Shown piece by piece: positions 1 to 14,500 of a stretch of 64,000 nucleotides of DNA. This DNA comes from Adineta vaga (lineage: Eukaryota; Animalia; Rotifera). The translations under genes and the position numbers were made by a program. Under the pieces are notes generated by a model. It did no database searches. It saw only the letters and a list, made by a program, of their open reading frames with translations, and had not been told where the DNA came from. The stretch covers positions 11,160,001-11,224,000 of the forward strand of contig CP075496.1 of the NCBI GenBank assembly GCA_021613535.1, in the 5' to 3' direction. The first letter of the stretch is position 1, and each line of letters starts with the position of its first letter.

Positions 1-14
1 AATTTATTTTCTAG

Positions 15-531
15 AATATTCCTCCACGTATGGAAACAATATCACAAAGTAATATCAATAGTTTCGAATCATCATCTTGTTCTTCATGGCAAAAAATCGA
101 TAATAATGATTCAAGTGTAACACGATGGATACCAGATTTTAACGTTCAAATATGTCATGGATGTAATTTAAAATTTCAACAATGGCCAATTTCACGTAAA
201 CATCATTGTCGAAGTATGTAGAACAAAACGATTTTCAACATTTAATATTAATTCAATTGATCATCTTTTAGAATGTGGCAATATATTTTGTGGTAGTTGT
301 TCGAATTATTGTAAATTAATTCCAACATTGAGTTTAACACAACCTGTTCGTGTTTGTCATAATTGTTCTCTTACACATGATGATAATCCTTCTACTGCAG
401 CTAATAATAGTACATCAATTGAATCAACAAGAACGGCTTCACCAATGCCTATTCAAACTGGTTGTCGACAATCTAATGGTACTCCAAATGGATCATTCAA
501 TTCACCTGGTGGACAGAAAGTTAAAGGATAA
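15..531 (+). CDS. 3' end of a FYVE-domain protein, probably myotubularin-related MTMR3/4 (last two exons 15-213 and 272-531; gene starts upstream of the window)
   Basis: Spliced translation gives WIPD...CHGC...RKHHCRKCGNIFCGSCS...VRVCHNC (FYVE signature). The preceding SWQKIDNNDSSVTRWIPD resembles the MTMR3/4 pre-FYVE segment. GT-AG intron 214-271. Confidence 0.8.
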
Positions 532-1311
532 AATCAATTCGTTTCGTTTCTCTAACTCCATGGTTTTGCCCGCGTGACGTTTTCCTTTTCTTTTTGCAAT
601 CAATAATTTCTTTTGTTTGTGGTACAAATCTTCATGTCTTCTAGACTAGACCCACAATTTATGATTTTCAATCGTCTCTATGAGAACGACAATCTTCCTT
701 CAACACGTTTGACGTGTTATAACACGTTATTTATTTATTTTTTCCTTTCTCGTTTCTCTATTATTTCTATTGTCACGCAGTGGGTTTCTATTCTTTTTTT
801 TTTGCTGTTGTTGTTGTTGTTTATATACTTTATTCTTGTGTATATACGGACTTGTTAGTACTAATGAATGCTTGTATGTATGTAACTGGACGTTTTTCTT
901 TTCCTCTTTTTCGTTTCTGTGATGATAACATCCGCAGCAAATTGTCTATATACCAAGATGTCAATGAGTATACTTGCATTTTCTCCTTTTCTTTTTTTTA
1001 ATCCTTAACTCTTCTAATCTATTTTTGTTCTCTCTCTCTCTTTATTCATTGTCGTCAATAGCGCATATAGTTTTTTCTTCTCTTCTTTCTTTTTTTGTTT
1101 TCCTTCTTCAGTTATGTGCTTTTTTTTTGCACAATTATGTTCAGAAAAAGTGAAACAAAGACGACATTATTAATAGACAATGGTGTGTAATGAATACTCT
1201 CGAATAAATCTATAAATTGAAAGAAACAAGAATCAAAATATTATTTCGAAAGAAAATGGCGCTCTGATTTTTTCGGGTTTTTATTTCATTGAATTTTTTT
1301 TCTGATCGATA

Positions 1312-3801
1312 ATGAAAAATTATATATTGATTGTAAAAACACATCATGGTAATCCAGGAAATAATATCACTGTTGTCATCAAAGGTATCGAAGGACAAAC
1401 AGAACAAATACCAATAGAAAAATCACAGGTGAAATTTCTTATTACGTCCGAATTCATAGTGAATACAAATTTGAAACTTATTTCTAGTCTCATCATAAAA
1501 ATTTTAAAGAAAATCATACTGATCTATTTTTATTATTATCAAATGATCATATAGGCAAGATCATTCAAGTGGAATTTCATACAAATACAAATGCGAAATT
1601 TAAAGAATGGAAATATAGTCATATCTTCATCATTGATGGTTTTATTGTTGTATAAATAAAAAGTTTAAAATACCCACTGTTTACTTTTAGGTATCTATAT
1701 TTATCGAGATTTAGTTTCAACACATTCGCTTTCGTCATCAGTTGACAGTCCATTAGTAATTGATGTTATTGAACCACAAACTGAATCTCAAGGTTTCTTT
1801 TTGATTATAAGGTGAATCTATTTACACAATTCTTTTCACTTTTATATCTAGAGAGTATCTATTATGCATTTATTAAAACTGGCCATGAATCATGTTCGAA
1901 AGGATGTTATCCGAAATTGTCTCTATTCGGTAATAATGAAAAGTATACTGAATATAATATGATGCTAGCTAATCGTATTCTTTCATCATCTGCGAACAAT
2001 CCTCTGGCTCTTGAAAAACATCAGTTCGATATATTTCAATGGCAAGATCATAATATAGGTAATATTGCGAATACAATTGCAATTATATTCCGAAAATAAA
2101 CAATCAAAATGTCAATGGCCTATTGAATGGATATTGATTGTTCATCCTGGGTATTCATTTACAGGTTGTTAGCTATATGTAGAAGAATTGTTTCGAATCC
2201 ATATCGTTTATTGTTTCATTAGGACGTATTATGTTGAATCGAATGGTGAAAAGCGATCGATATCTTGCTATTAGTTTAGAACAAAAAACATTTTCAATCA
2301 CTGGTGAATATGGAGATTCATGTACGTCTCCAAAGCAATACAATGAATATATTTCTTCGCTAAATATTTTGAATAAACAATCGAATGCGTAAGATTTTAG
2401 TGAGTTTAATGATATGATCACATTTTGTTCTATATTCATTAGAACAACAGATGAAATTGGTCGATACTATGTTATAATTCGAAATCTCGAAGGAACAAAT
2501 GGAAATGTTTATATCGATTTCCATGGTGATCGTTTAGCATCCGCTAGTGAACAACAATTATCGAAATGTGAAAATTATCCCGAACATCCGTTTGATAGTA
2601 AACATACTGTAAGAGATCAGAAATATTTTCTTTTCCTATTCGACTTATCATATTTTGTTTAGGATTTATTTCATTTAAAAGCACTGGAAGTTGGCCATAT
2701 TCATTCTGTCACCTTACGCCTTGATCAAACTGATAAAGAACATACTTTAACACTTGATACTCTATTTGTTATTCATAATGCTAAAGTTTATGAATTTAAT
2801 TTGAAATATATTATCTTAAATAAAGAACAATCAAGAAAAGAATTTATTCCGATTACACATTCGACTTTATCAGATAATAAAGTTTGTTATTACATTGCTA
2901 CACATACAGCAGATAAAATGTTATCGGGAACAGATGCAAGCTTTCAAGTGGTGATCTCTGGAAGTAATGGAACACTTGGTATGAAGACTCGATAAACATT
3001 GAAAAATAGTTTTTGAAAATTGTGTTTCTGTTTTAGGTCCTCTTGAATTAAAAGAATCATTGACAAATGGAAAGAATCCGTTTGAGAAAGAATGTATTGA
3101 TATATTTCATATTGAAGAAATGGATATCGGTGATCCAAAGTCAATAGCAATTACATTAGAACCGAAAGGTATTCTTCTACATTTTAGTTCGAAATAAAAT
3201 GTTCATAAAAAGTCTTAATAAGTTGTTAAACAAGGATATTTTGATTTTCATATGCTAAAAATACTATTTCCAATAGTATGAATTTATGTAGGACTAATGG
3301 GAAATTTGTTTAGTACTGCAAAATGTGAACGGTAATCTATTTTCTCTATTGATTAAAATCATCACATTTTTTTCTATCTTTAGAATTATGGTTATTAAGA
3401 ATGGTGACTATAATTCTCAATGGCAGTTGGTCGGTGAATTGAAAGCTAAAGAGACAAAAACGATTTCTTTTCCTGCACGTCAACGGCAATCAATCAAAGA
3501 CTCTATTCCAACACCAAATACAATTACCCAATCATCACAGATAAAAACTACCACTGAATCTATTTCTGTCACTCCAATCATTGAACTTCATTCACCGGAA
3601 ACAAAAGTAACAATTGAAAAATCTCACAGATCTGCTCCAACTGATAATCATCGTTATGATTCTGTCATGGTACAAATCGAAGATCATCAAAAACGATATA
3701 CATTTGCACCGAGTTTGCATCAAGCTGAACAAAATTATCGTGAATTAAGACGTTTGTTAAAAAAAATGAACGAACCAATATCAAAAATAACTAAAACATA
3801 A
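1312..3801 (+). CDS. Multi-exon protein with tandem PLAT/LH2 domains (LOXHD1-like), with an apparent frameshift near 2068
   Basis: Repeated PLAT motifs, e.g. YYIATHTADKMLSGTDASFQVVISGSNGTLGPLEL...NPFEKECIDIFHIEEMDIGDPKSI and GTNGNVYIDFHGD...PFDSKHTDLFHLKALEVGHI. Short GT-AG introns. S/T/P-rich C-terminus. Confidence 0.7.
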
Positions 3802-3901
3802 ATGGTTGTTTCAACGAAACAACATACTTGACAATGTGTTTCTATTTTCTTTTCATTCGAATCAATAATAGGAAAAAGAATAGAAAAAGGACGATCATAG
3901 T

Positions 3902-6299
3902 TTAGACTAGAGTACCAAAACAACTGTCACCTGAACAATCACCCGTAGGATATGTATCAGGAATAATTTGTGTCTCAGTTGTTAGTTCAAGAACTGTACC
4001 ATCTGGACCAGGAAAATTAACTTGAATATAAAATCCTTCCCAACCATCCGTAGGATTAGCAATTGTTAAAGAATAAACCACTGTTGTAGCTGTTTGCTCC
4101 TAAATGATAGATTAGTACAATCGTTCGAAAGTTTTTATAAAAAATATCTGTCTGTTACGAATTCAATAAAGACAAACATGAAGTTCTTTTGTTCTATAAC
4201 TATTCGAACAATCAATTAGATGAAAATCTTACTTCTGTTACAACATTGTTATTCAACCAAATGACTGGATTGGGCATTGGTCGACCAGGTTTATTTGGAT
4301 CACCGATTAAGAGACGAAAATCACGTCTATTAAACAATAAAAATTTATTCGGATCTATAAAATATTCGGATCCAACCTTTTATTATTCAATGTTCGAGCA
4401 TGATATCCAAAAGCACTGATTGGTTTTGGGCCAACACTAAAATCAACTGTTGCACGAATATAACCATGTGTATTATTTGATGTTTTCATCCATTTCAATG
4501 ATGGCAATGTTCGATTCTTTGAAATAGAAAATATTTCACCATAAGCGACGACAAATGTTTTCATTTACTTACATCATAAATACTTAAGTAAAAACTTCGC
4601 ATAGTAAAGAATAAACTAATTTCATGACCAGCACATGAATGTTCAGCATTTGGTAGTCGTCTTTTATAGATCAAAAAGAAGAATTTTTTTTCTTCAACAT
4701 TCATATTCTACCTACCTTAAATATGAGCCACCAGTAGCAACTTGTAGATCGTGCCAAAATGCATCCTAAACATACTTGAATTAACTCAAATTCGATTATT
4801 TACAATATGTTTTACTTCATTGTCAGGCAAGAAAAATTCATCACCACTTGATTGAATTTGTAAGATTTTCATATTTCTATATCGATCAAAATAACCTTAA
4901 TAAACAAACTGGTAAATTATTGAAATCAAGCAAAAATATGATTTTACTATATGGATCAACAATTTGTGACATTTTTTGTAGATTTGGATGATCAACAAAT
5001 CTCGTAATATTTAAAATATAATAATCTTTAAACGCAAATGTCCAACCAGCTAAAGACTTAAACCAAAAATTCATCAAAGAATACAAAAAAAACAATCAAT
5101 TATTCAATAAACATACACGATAATGATGGTGAAAATTCTATATTTAACAAACAAAAAAAGTCAAATGTTTAATTCAATATTACAATCTATTTCTTACTTG
5201 ATGAATATTTAAAATATCCATAACAATAGGCACTGCTCCAACTACACGTTCATTATCAACAGCAGCAGTTGTCCAAGCTGAATATGTAAAATAATTCATT
5301 TTCCTTCTGAAATCAATACCAAATAAACGATCACTTACTTGCCCAGCCACGCTAAAAATTGTGCATAGAAAATATTTTCGTAGAGAAACAATTCTTTCGG
5401 AAACATTCAATCATACTTTTGAAGCACCACCGATAACAAATTTCTGCGGAACAATAACACCTAATTGTTTTGCAAATTGTTGTACAGCATCCATTGCACG
5501 TACACATGCCTTAATTTATCAAAAAACAAAAAGAAAATTTGTCTTAGGAAAAAAATATCTTTTATTCTTTGATACTTTAGTCATTGGCATTCGAAGAAGT
5601 ACATATGGATTGTTTGGATTTTCAATAAATGTTTTCCATGTCCATGCAATAATTGCATCTTCTCCTCGACTTCGATTTGTCGGATCAGCCTATGAACAGA
5701 AATTATCCATTGTAATTACATACAAGAGTAAATTCATTCTACCACAAAACGGATTGGTTCATTGGGAATATCTTGAAGATCAACACCGATGCTTCCACTA
5801 CTAACAGCGAACATCGATGTTAAGCTAACAAAATTATCTTGTGGTTTTGGTAATCTATGAATTAATCAAGAAAATAAATTGATTTTCTTTTTCTTAAGTC
5901 ACACGAAATCTTTTCTTTTCTACCCATTGTTATTACTGCCACCGTCGATTAACATGAAAGCTGTATTTGGTCGGGTAAGTTTATGTGGAACGCTTATACA
6001 TAAATAATGCCACCAAATAGGTCGACTTGAAAACGTTTCTAGTTTTTAAATTAATAATTAAATGAAACAAGATTAGAAAAGGGCAAAGTTTAATTACCAT
6101 CGAACCATTTTTGTGATGTAAAATTTAGAATATAAAGAACATAATCAGGTTCTTCATATGTTTGAATAACTGTCCAACTAAAATTAGGATCAGCTGCTTT
6201 TACATAATCATCCAAAGGTGTACAGTGACTTTGATCGATATATGAAAGACTGATAATAGAAAGAATAAAAACGCCTGTAACCAATCTGATGGCCTGCAT
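3902..6299 (-). CDS. Secreted PqaA / AprA-like alpha/beta-hydrolase-fold protein (about 15 exons)
   Basis: Signal peptide, then TPLDDYV...NFTSQKW...WWHYL, EDAIIAWTW, LLRMPMTKACVRAMD, GGASK|RGWATWTTAAVD and RLPNAEHS, which are PhoPQ-activated pathogenicity protein (PqaA) family motifs. Stop TAA at 3902-3904. Confidence 0.85.
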
Positions 6300-9200
6300 T
6301 TTGAAACACAAAAAGAACACAATGTAACAGATATTAACAAGATATCTGTTGTATTTGTTATCACTAAAGATTCGTGTTTTTATCTCTCTCTCTCTTATTA
6401 TTTTGTTATTTTATCATGATAAGGTTTGTTAAATGATGTTGAGTTTTTTTTTCTCAGACGATAATCAAGACCATTTCATATTTGTAACAAAAGAATTATT
6501 AATTAAAATGAAATATTTCATTTAAAATCGACATTTGTTCATCTTTTTTGAGAATAAGATTAGTCTGATTATATTCATTCTCTTTCCTAAGGGATTTCGA
6601 TAGCGTGATTATTAAGAGAGAAGTCTAATAAAATTTGTCATTCTTTTTGTAAATAACTTGACTAAAAGAATTTCTTTTCGAATAGAACGTTTTTTTTTAT
6701 ATCAATATAAAAATTTGACAAGTCATCTATTAGAATTCTCAGGACAAGACCAATGTGTTCGAACTTCTCATAGCCTCGATAAAAATTCATTAAGATTCAT
6801 GTCTTTTGCCTTAATACTCTTTTTGTACGACTATTTATTGCAAATATAAATGTCAGACGTTCGTCAATTATATACGCATTCAAGGACAATGATAGGACGA
6901 TTATTAATTCTTTATGTTTTTTTTTCGCTTATTCAATTGAGACTTCCATTAAGGAAAATTGGAAGAATAAACCATATTTTGTATGACTAGCACATCGACT
7001 AAACACATCTAACTATTCTTAACACATTGATCTCAATGTTTGATGCATAAATGATACATTTTGTTTTTAATAATAGATATGAATACTCGTTTATATTATC
7101 TTCATTTATTTTATTTGACATTATATTTATTAGAGGAAAAAATTTATCTGATATATTTATACAGAGAAAAAAAAGGAGAAAAGCTTTTATTCTAATGAGT
7201 TTTCTTTCGAAATGTCATGATATCGTTGATGATTTTATATAGATTACTTCGAAGAAAAACCCCAAGTAAAAATAACAGGATTTGCTGCGTGTACATCATT
7301 CTTTATATATATATATATACATAGAAGTATAATAGAAATCGCATGAGTCTATAGTCATGTTGATTGCCGAGAAAATATCATTGTAGTTGCGACTAATTTA
7401 ATCTTCTCAATGAGATATGTACGATCGCGATCACAAGAGATTGAGAAAAGCTCGTTGACATCTGACTTTTCGAATATTTTCTCTTTAGTAGTAGAGATTT
7501 AACTCATTCGTGTGTCCACATTTCGTTATAAAAATAGAGTATACACTTATGTATACTTCTATCAAATATGTCAATAAACCGTATCGTACATTATTTTAAT
7601 GTAGAAAAAGTCGAAAAAGCTTTCTTTTGCCTTGAGAATATATTCATCGTAGAGAAGCATATCACGGTGTATATTGATGTTGCCATTCTATCGCTTCTCA
7701 TCGTCACTATTTTACCGATCTTTCTTGCTCGCGTTTCTCTGTCTGTATTGACTTAGGAAATGTGTGTTTGGCAAAAGAGACAAAGAGAGACCGAACGAAG
7801 CATCAACAAATACTAAAGACATAAGGCAAGCAGAATAATGTGTCAGACTTTCTCCTTTCCATGATGATGTATGCTACAAAAAAAAGACAAATAACTTTTT
7901 TAATGATACAAGATTGTATCGGTAAGCATCGAATAATCATTTCCGTAGTAAGACTCTTAATGATCGATTTTTTTCTTCTTGTTATTTTTTTAATAGAAAG
8001 AGAAGATTAAGAGGTGATTTTCTTTATGTAGTTGATGAAATGACAAAAGACTAGTAGATATTATTTTTAAAAGAAATATCAATAGTCAGACCGAGTGGGT
8101 AGATAGAGAAACTAATGCTTGTTGATGATCTATGATCGCGTGATTTCAGTTTCTATCTTGAAAAGATTTCTAACATTCGTTAATGACAATCATTACTCTC
8201 TATTCCACTTGTCTTACTCGAATAGTAAACAAGCTTGTTATTCGTGAATTGAAAAACGAAGTGAAGTAGCAATAAAACTCGAGTTGAGATAAGCCAGTTC
8301 TCATGTCTATATGAGAACATGTTTATATATATATATGTGTGTTTCTGTGTACATTGGAGTTTTGTAAGTAATAACTGATAGGACTTGTTTTTATGAATTT
8401 TTAATCTGTCAGAAATTAATAATATTGATCTTTCGACTTATATCCATCTTTACTAGATCAAGATGACAAAAAAACAAGCAGAAATAGAAGATTAATAACC
8501 TAATAGAGTCTCGTAATGTCTAATGTTGTTCATTTTTTCTCGTTTGACTGTCTTTTCCTTTCTTTTTTTTGATTCATTCTATCTATATAATGAATTTAGA
8601 TGATAGGATGCAAATGCCGACAACGATGAAGACGATGAGCCAAAATCTCAGAAGCGCTTTTATTCTTTCTCGGTGATGCTTTTATCCTTTTTCATAATAT
8701 GACTCTTCTTTCTAGTTTTTATTTACTGACATTTACTTCTAACATAGTCTTTTGTATAGTTAATGATCATTTTCTTTTTAACGAATTAAATAACAGTAAA
8801 GATATGATAATGTATGATTATTGACTTGTATTATTAATGATTGTTCTCTACATTTTAGATTACCATATAACATATTTACTTATCCATGCTTGCTAAGACA
8901 AACATACAATGATTGTTTTGGCTTATTAAGCTGTCGATTTCTCGTTTCATTTCATTCATTTAAAGTAAGTAATGAATTCATTATCTGAATGAATAGTGAG
9001 CATATTTTTTATTTCATTCATATCAATATATTCTCGTTTATATTCTCTCATAATTAATCATTGCTTTTTTGTTCTCATAAATAATGATTTTCATGATCTA
9101 GGTTAACTATACTAACTTTGATCAATTATATGTACGCTTCCATTATTTTGATTATTCGGGCAGAAAACACATTTTCTCTATACTTATGCGTTTTCTTCCG

Positions 9201-11566
9201 AATTGAAGTACTATTATATTCTTATATAGTATATTCTTTAATACATCATATGTGTGCGTGTATGTTGTTCTTCTTTGTTGACGTCATTGCTATCATGCGT
9301 TCGAAGCTATACGGGCGATGAAAGAGAACGAATGAGAGCTCTCTTCATACTGGAAAGATAAGAACAGTAACAACAGTAGAAGACAACTTTGCTTTACTTT
9401 TTTTGGTTATCGTCTTCGAAGAAGTAGTGTTCGGTAGTAACCGGATTAGATGAATACTAGAAGGACAACGTGTAAAGCTATGTGTATATGTGCACACGTT
9501 ACTTGTCATACGACTGTGATTGTATTCTCTTTATCTTTTTTTTATTGATAATGTTAAAAAAATGATCAATCAAACTTAATCATCTGCAAAATTTGCGAAG
9601 TCATTTATGTATAGAAATAGTCTTAAAAACGACTTTTCTATGTCTTTGTTTTTAATCATAAAATAACATACATTTATTTATTAAAAGAATTCAATTGAAA
9701 TTTAATTGTCTATAAGAATATATATATATATATATATGCCACAATTTACTCACTTCTAATTGTTAAATAAAGCAAAAAATAATGTTGTTTTCTTTTTTGA
9801 TTTTCATTCGACTAATAAATTGAATTTGACTATTGAAATTTTCTTTCGACGTCATTCAATATTGAATTAGAAACACTATTAGATAACTCTCATTTAGCAT
9901 ATTTGCTTTACTAGAAAGTCAACGATAGTAAACTCATCTGTTTTGCGTAATTAAATTGCCGCATGCGCTCTCGTACGATGTATATATGCATTCTTTCTTT
10001 CTCGATTTCTCATCTATGTTTATAACATAAAATGTGTAATTTCAAATCCGAATAGCAACTAAAAACCGAGAAAGTTTGTACAAATATAGTAGATTTTATT
10101 AGAAGTTAGTCGTTCACATTACATCACTTTCGATCTATCTACATAAGTATTCTTTCTTGTGTATTTGAATAACATCAACATACTCTTGTTCTTTACAATT
10201 AAGATAGCGATTGTGTGCGTAAGTCGCGTCGTAAATAAACCAGTCCTAATCATTACTGTCAAAAAGTTACCGAAACACTTAAAACGGAACTAGCAGTCAA
10301 ATAATAATATACTCCTATGATGAATATATATTTGATAGAATAAATAAGTAAAGAAAAAAAAAGATTGACTTTACCGTCTGTCACCTATAGATGATTTTAA
10401 ACTGAGGCAATGGTCTGCTTTTTATCGTCTTTTTACTCAAAAATAATGTTTTCTTAATTGAATTCGAACTCAACACATTTAGATGAACTATCTTGAATGA
10501 ATAGGAATTAAATTACCATATATAAGAAAAGACTCTAGAGATACGCACTTCTTGTTCGTATTTTCAAGTGATGTATCAAGCATTGTCTACTTGTGTGAGA
10601 GACAGATATATATATATATATATATAACAGTAGAGAGAAAGAAAAACGACGTGAAATTCTACTGAAAAGAAATCATCACATCATATTATTTACATTGGAT
10701 TAATAATAGAAATTATTGAAGTTGAAAATTAGATAAAAGAAAAACACTCTACCTTATATATTTATAACTGAATTTCAATCGAAAATTCTCATATATTTCT
10801 ATTCAAAACACGTGGTTAGTAATAGCACTCTATTGCTGAATAAGTATCCAAGGTCAAAAAAGTACGTAATAGTATAAAGGAAAGAGATAGAGAGAAAGAG
10901 GGATAGAGTACGAGAGAAAAGACGATAATAGTAGAAGAAAATAGTATTCACAAGTCGAGAAGAGAGAGAGAAAAAGTACGAAAAGAAAATTATTGTATGC
11001 GTCTCAATGATGATACATACTATGATGGTAGAATCGTCCAACGAACAAAAATGATTTGTACGGCTGTTCTTTTGTAACATTTTCTTTTACTCTCTCTCTC
11101 TCTCACTCAATATTCTCTATTTGTCGATGATGAAATTGTAAAAAAAAACAGCAAACAAAACGTCTAATAACGATTATCGATTGGCGTTTCTAATTCGCCG
11201 TCATTCACTCCATCATCATCATCAACATCATCATCACTACTGGCGTCTTTTGTCGTTGAGTTTATTTATCTATATTCATCGAGCGGCAAACGGCGGAAGA
11301 AGGCTGCTGCTGTTTCTGTTGTTGTTTTATATTTTGCTCCTATATACGTTGTGTGTGTGTGTCGACGACTCGTCGCATTATTTATTGATGTCATAGTTAA
11401 AACGCACGAGGGACGAACAAATCGGCAACTAGACAAAAAAAGAAAACTTTACCCAAATCTGTTTCTCTCTCTCTTTATATATATACATATAGAGATTGAT
11501 GGATAACTAATTCGTTTCAATTTTATCCACATATGATTTATTATCATTCGTGTTCGATTTTATATT

Positions 11567-14500
11567 ATGAATTCCAATAGACCAAGCAATGATCAACATA
11601 AGCCAGGTCATCAACATCAGAGGCGTTCGATTGCTGAAGGCATGGCTCGTACAGGTATCATTTATATTTAAGAAAAGATTTCATCTATTGCGCATGGTAC
11701 TTGTCGTATCAATGATTGGCAGCTGTTCATCTGTCAAAAATAGCTTTTTTCGAAAAAGAATACGAGAAAAAAAGTGTGCGTTGTGTTTGTGATATAAGAT
11801 GAAATTGAATCTTCTTGTGTATGTGTGCGCGTTGTTATAAAAAATACGAGAAAAATTAATTAACAACAATAAGAAGTGTCTAAGCACTTATTATTTCCTT
11901 CTATTTACCTTATCTTCTCATTTTACAAGTCTTTTTTCTTTTCCTATGAGCATTTGTATGTGATCATTGGTGTTCATAATATGAAAAAAAGAGGAAGAGT
12001 GCGAGTGGAGAGACTTAGAGAGAAATTGAATAATGAGTTTCTCTTCAACTATCTATTACACATCTGTCAAAAAATGTATAAACAAATTAATAGAGAAAAA
12101 GGCTAGTTTATATTCTCGCTAACTTTTTAACTCTTCTCTTTTTTCCTATTATTATCAACAGAAATAAAGAAGAACTAAACGTTTGATTGTTTCTCTTCCT
12201 TTTCTTTTCTTTCCTTTGATGAATATCAATAAAGATAGATCTTCATAAATAGTAGAGTTCATTTCCTAAATCTTACAATCCTCTTTCTTTCTCTTCAATA
12301 ATCGCTTCTTTAAGGAAAATGAAGCCGTACAATACAAATCTCTTAGTTCGATGAAAAGAAGGAAAAAAAATGATAAGTTGATGTATACATGTTTACATGA
12401 CAAGAACCTTCGTCATTATTATAAGATTTCTGATGATGTCATATTAAACATCAATATAATAGCATGTCTGTATGTAACATATTTGACTCAGAAATCGTTG
12501 TTGTCAGTTTCTTTTTCTCTGTGGATCTCATTATTCTTCTTTTCCTAATAATCTCGTTTCTTCTTTTTTTTTCTACAAATATTATTTATTTGTTTTCTTT
12601 TTCATAGCACCAGCATGTGCTGCTTTTATTCAAGCAATTGGTCTATTTCGTGAGACAAACAATTCATCCAGTGATTTGCTAACAAAGTCATTTTCATCAT
12701 CACATCAAAATATGACAACAGCAACTGGTAGTAGCACGAAAGAATTATTACAAAATCCTCAAGATCCATCATTAGCTAATCGCCGTGGTACAGCATCAAG
12801 TTTATTTCCTATTGATTCACCATCATCCAGTTCAAGTAGCGTGAATTACTCGGCACGCTCATCAAGTCCATCTCCATTCGTGGAGAAAAAACAAGCTATT
12901 GCAAGACGTGGTGCATTACGACAGAAAAATGTTTATACCGTTAAAAATCATCAGTTTATTCTAAGATTTTTTAAAACACCAACTTTTTGTTCACATTGTC
13001 GAGATTTTCTATGGTAATTATCTTTTTCCAATTTAGTCTTTTTTAGTTTAATCTTTCTTTTCAATAGGGGTTTTGGTAAACAAGGTTTTCAATGTCAAAG
13101 TAAGTCGATTATCTTGGGATTTTTCAACTTATAAAATGAATTTCTCTAATTTCTCTAATTTCTCTATGCAAAACTCAGGAGATTTGTATCGCGAATAGAT
13201 CATCAATAAATTTGATTTCTTGATTAGATCTTCAGAATAATTATCATTTCAATTTTAGTTTGTTCACTCGTTGTTCATAAACGTTGTCATGAATTTATCA
13301 GTTTTACATGTCCTGGTGCTGATAAAGGAGCTGATTCCGATGTAAGATTAATAAATATGAATTTGTTTTCATTTTCGAATTTAATCATTTTGAGGCTCCA
13401 CGAAATAATCATAAATTTCTTATTCATACATATACTTCGCCGACATTCTGTGATCATTGCGGATCTCTACTCTACGGACTTATACATCAAGGACTTAAAT
13501 GTCAATGCTGTGATATGAATGTTCATAAGAAATGTCAAACATTTGTACCAGATTTATGCGGCCTTGATCATACAGAACGTCGTGGTCGTATACATTTACG
13601 TTTACAATATGAACGTGACAATAAATTAATAGTTGATATAATTGAAGCAAGAAATTTAATTCCAATGGATCCAAATGGTTTAAGTGATCCATATGTTAAA
13701 ATCAAGTTCATAGCAACATCATTGGATGGTAATAAAAAACAACATGTAGGCAAATATAAAACGAAAACTGTACGTGCAACATTAAATCCTCAATGGTCAG
13801 AAAAATTTACCATGTAAGTATTGAAAGAAAAACAAATGAAGGATTTTTTAATGATATCTACTTTCTATCTGTAGTGATTTGACAGAGGAAGATAAAGATA
13901 AAAGATTATTGATTGCTGTTTGGGATTGGGATAGAACATCGAGAAATGATTTTATGGGTTCATTATCATTTGGTATGTTTGAATACGAATTTATCTTTGG
14001 ATTGTTTTAATTTTATTCTAACTATGTTCTGTAGGTGTTTCGGAATTAATGAAAGGACCAGTGGCAGGTTGGTTCAAATTATTAGCCCAAGAAGAAGGTG
14101 AATTTTATTCCGTACCTGTACCAAGTGAAGATGGCTCAAAGATTCTGATTAAACCAACAACTGGAATTGTATGTTGAAGAATAGAATTTCAGAAATAACT
14201 TTGTTTTATTTTAGAAAGCTGTCTCTGCGAGAGAAACGACTAATCATTCTGATTCTGCTTCTTCGGTCAATCTTGATGTAACTGATCAGACGCTCTTACG
14301 CTCGAATTCTCAAGTTCAAGCTGTTAAAGTGACCGATTTCAATTTCATTAAAGTCTTAGGAAAAGGTTCTTTTGGCAAAGTAAATAGAAAATGAAATGCT
14401 TCTATCATTACTGTATCTCGTTTCCTGTAGGTTGTTCTTGGTGAACGTAAAGGTGTACCAGATGAATTATATGCAATAAAAATCTTGAAAAAAGATATTA

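Noticed and set aside
6320-11560. Many short F/L/I/K-rich ORFs upstream of PKC, including an exon-like stretch near 8607-8672 (DANADNDEDDEPKSQKRFYSFS)
   Set aside because: AT-rich low-complexity composition with microsatellites. I could not build a start plus phase-compatible splice path to the PKC exons.
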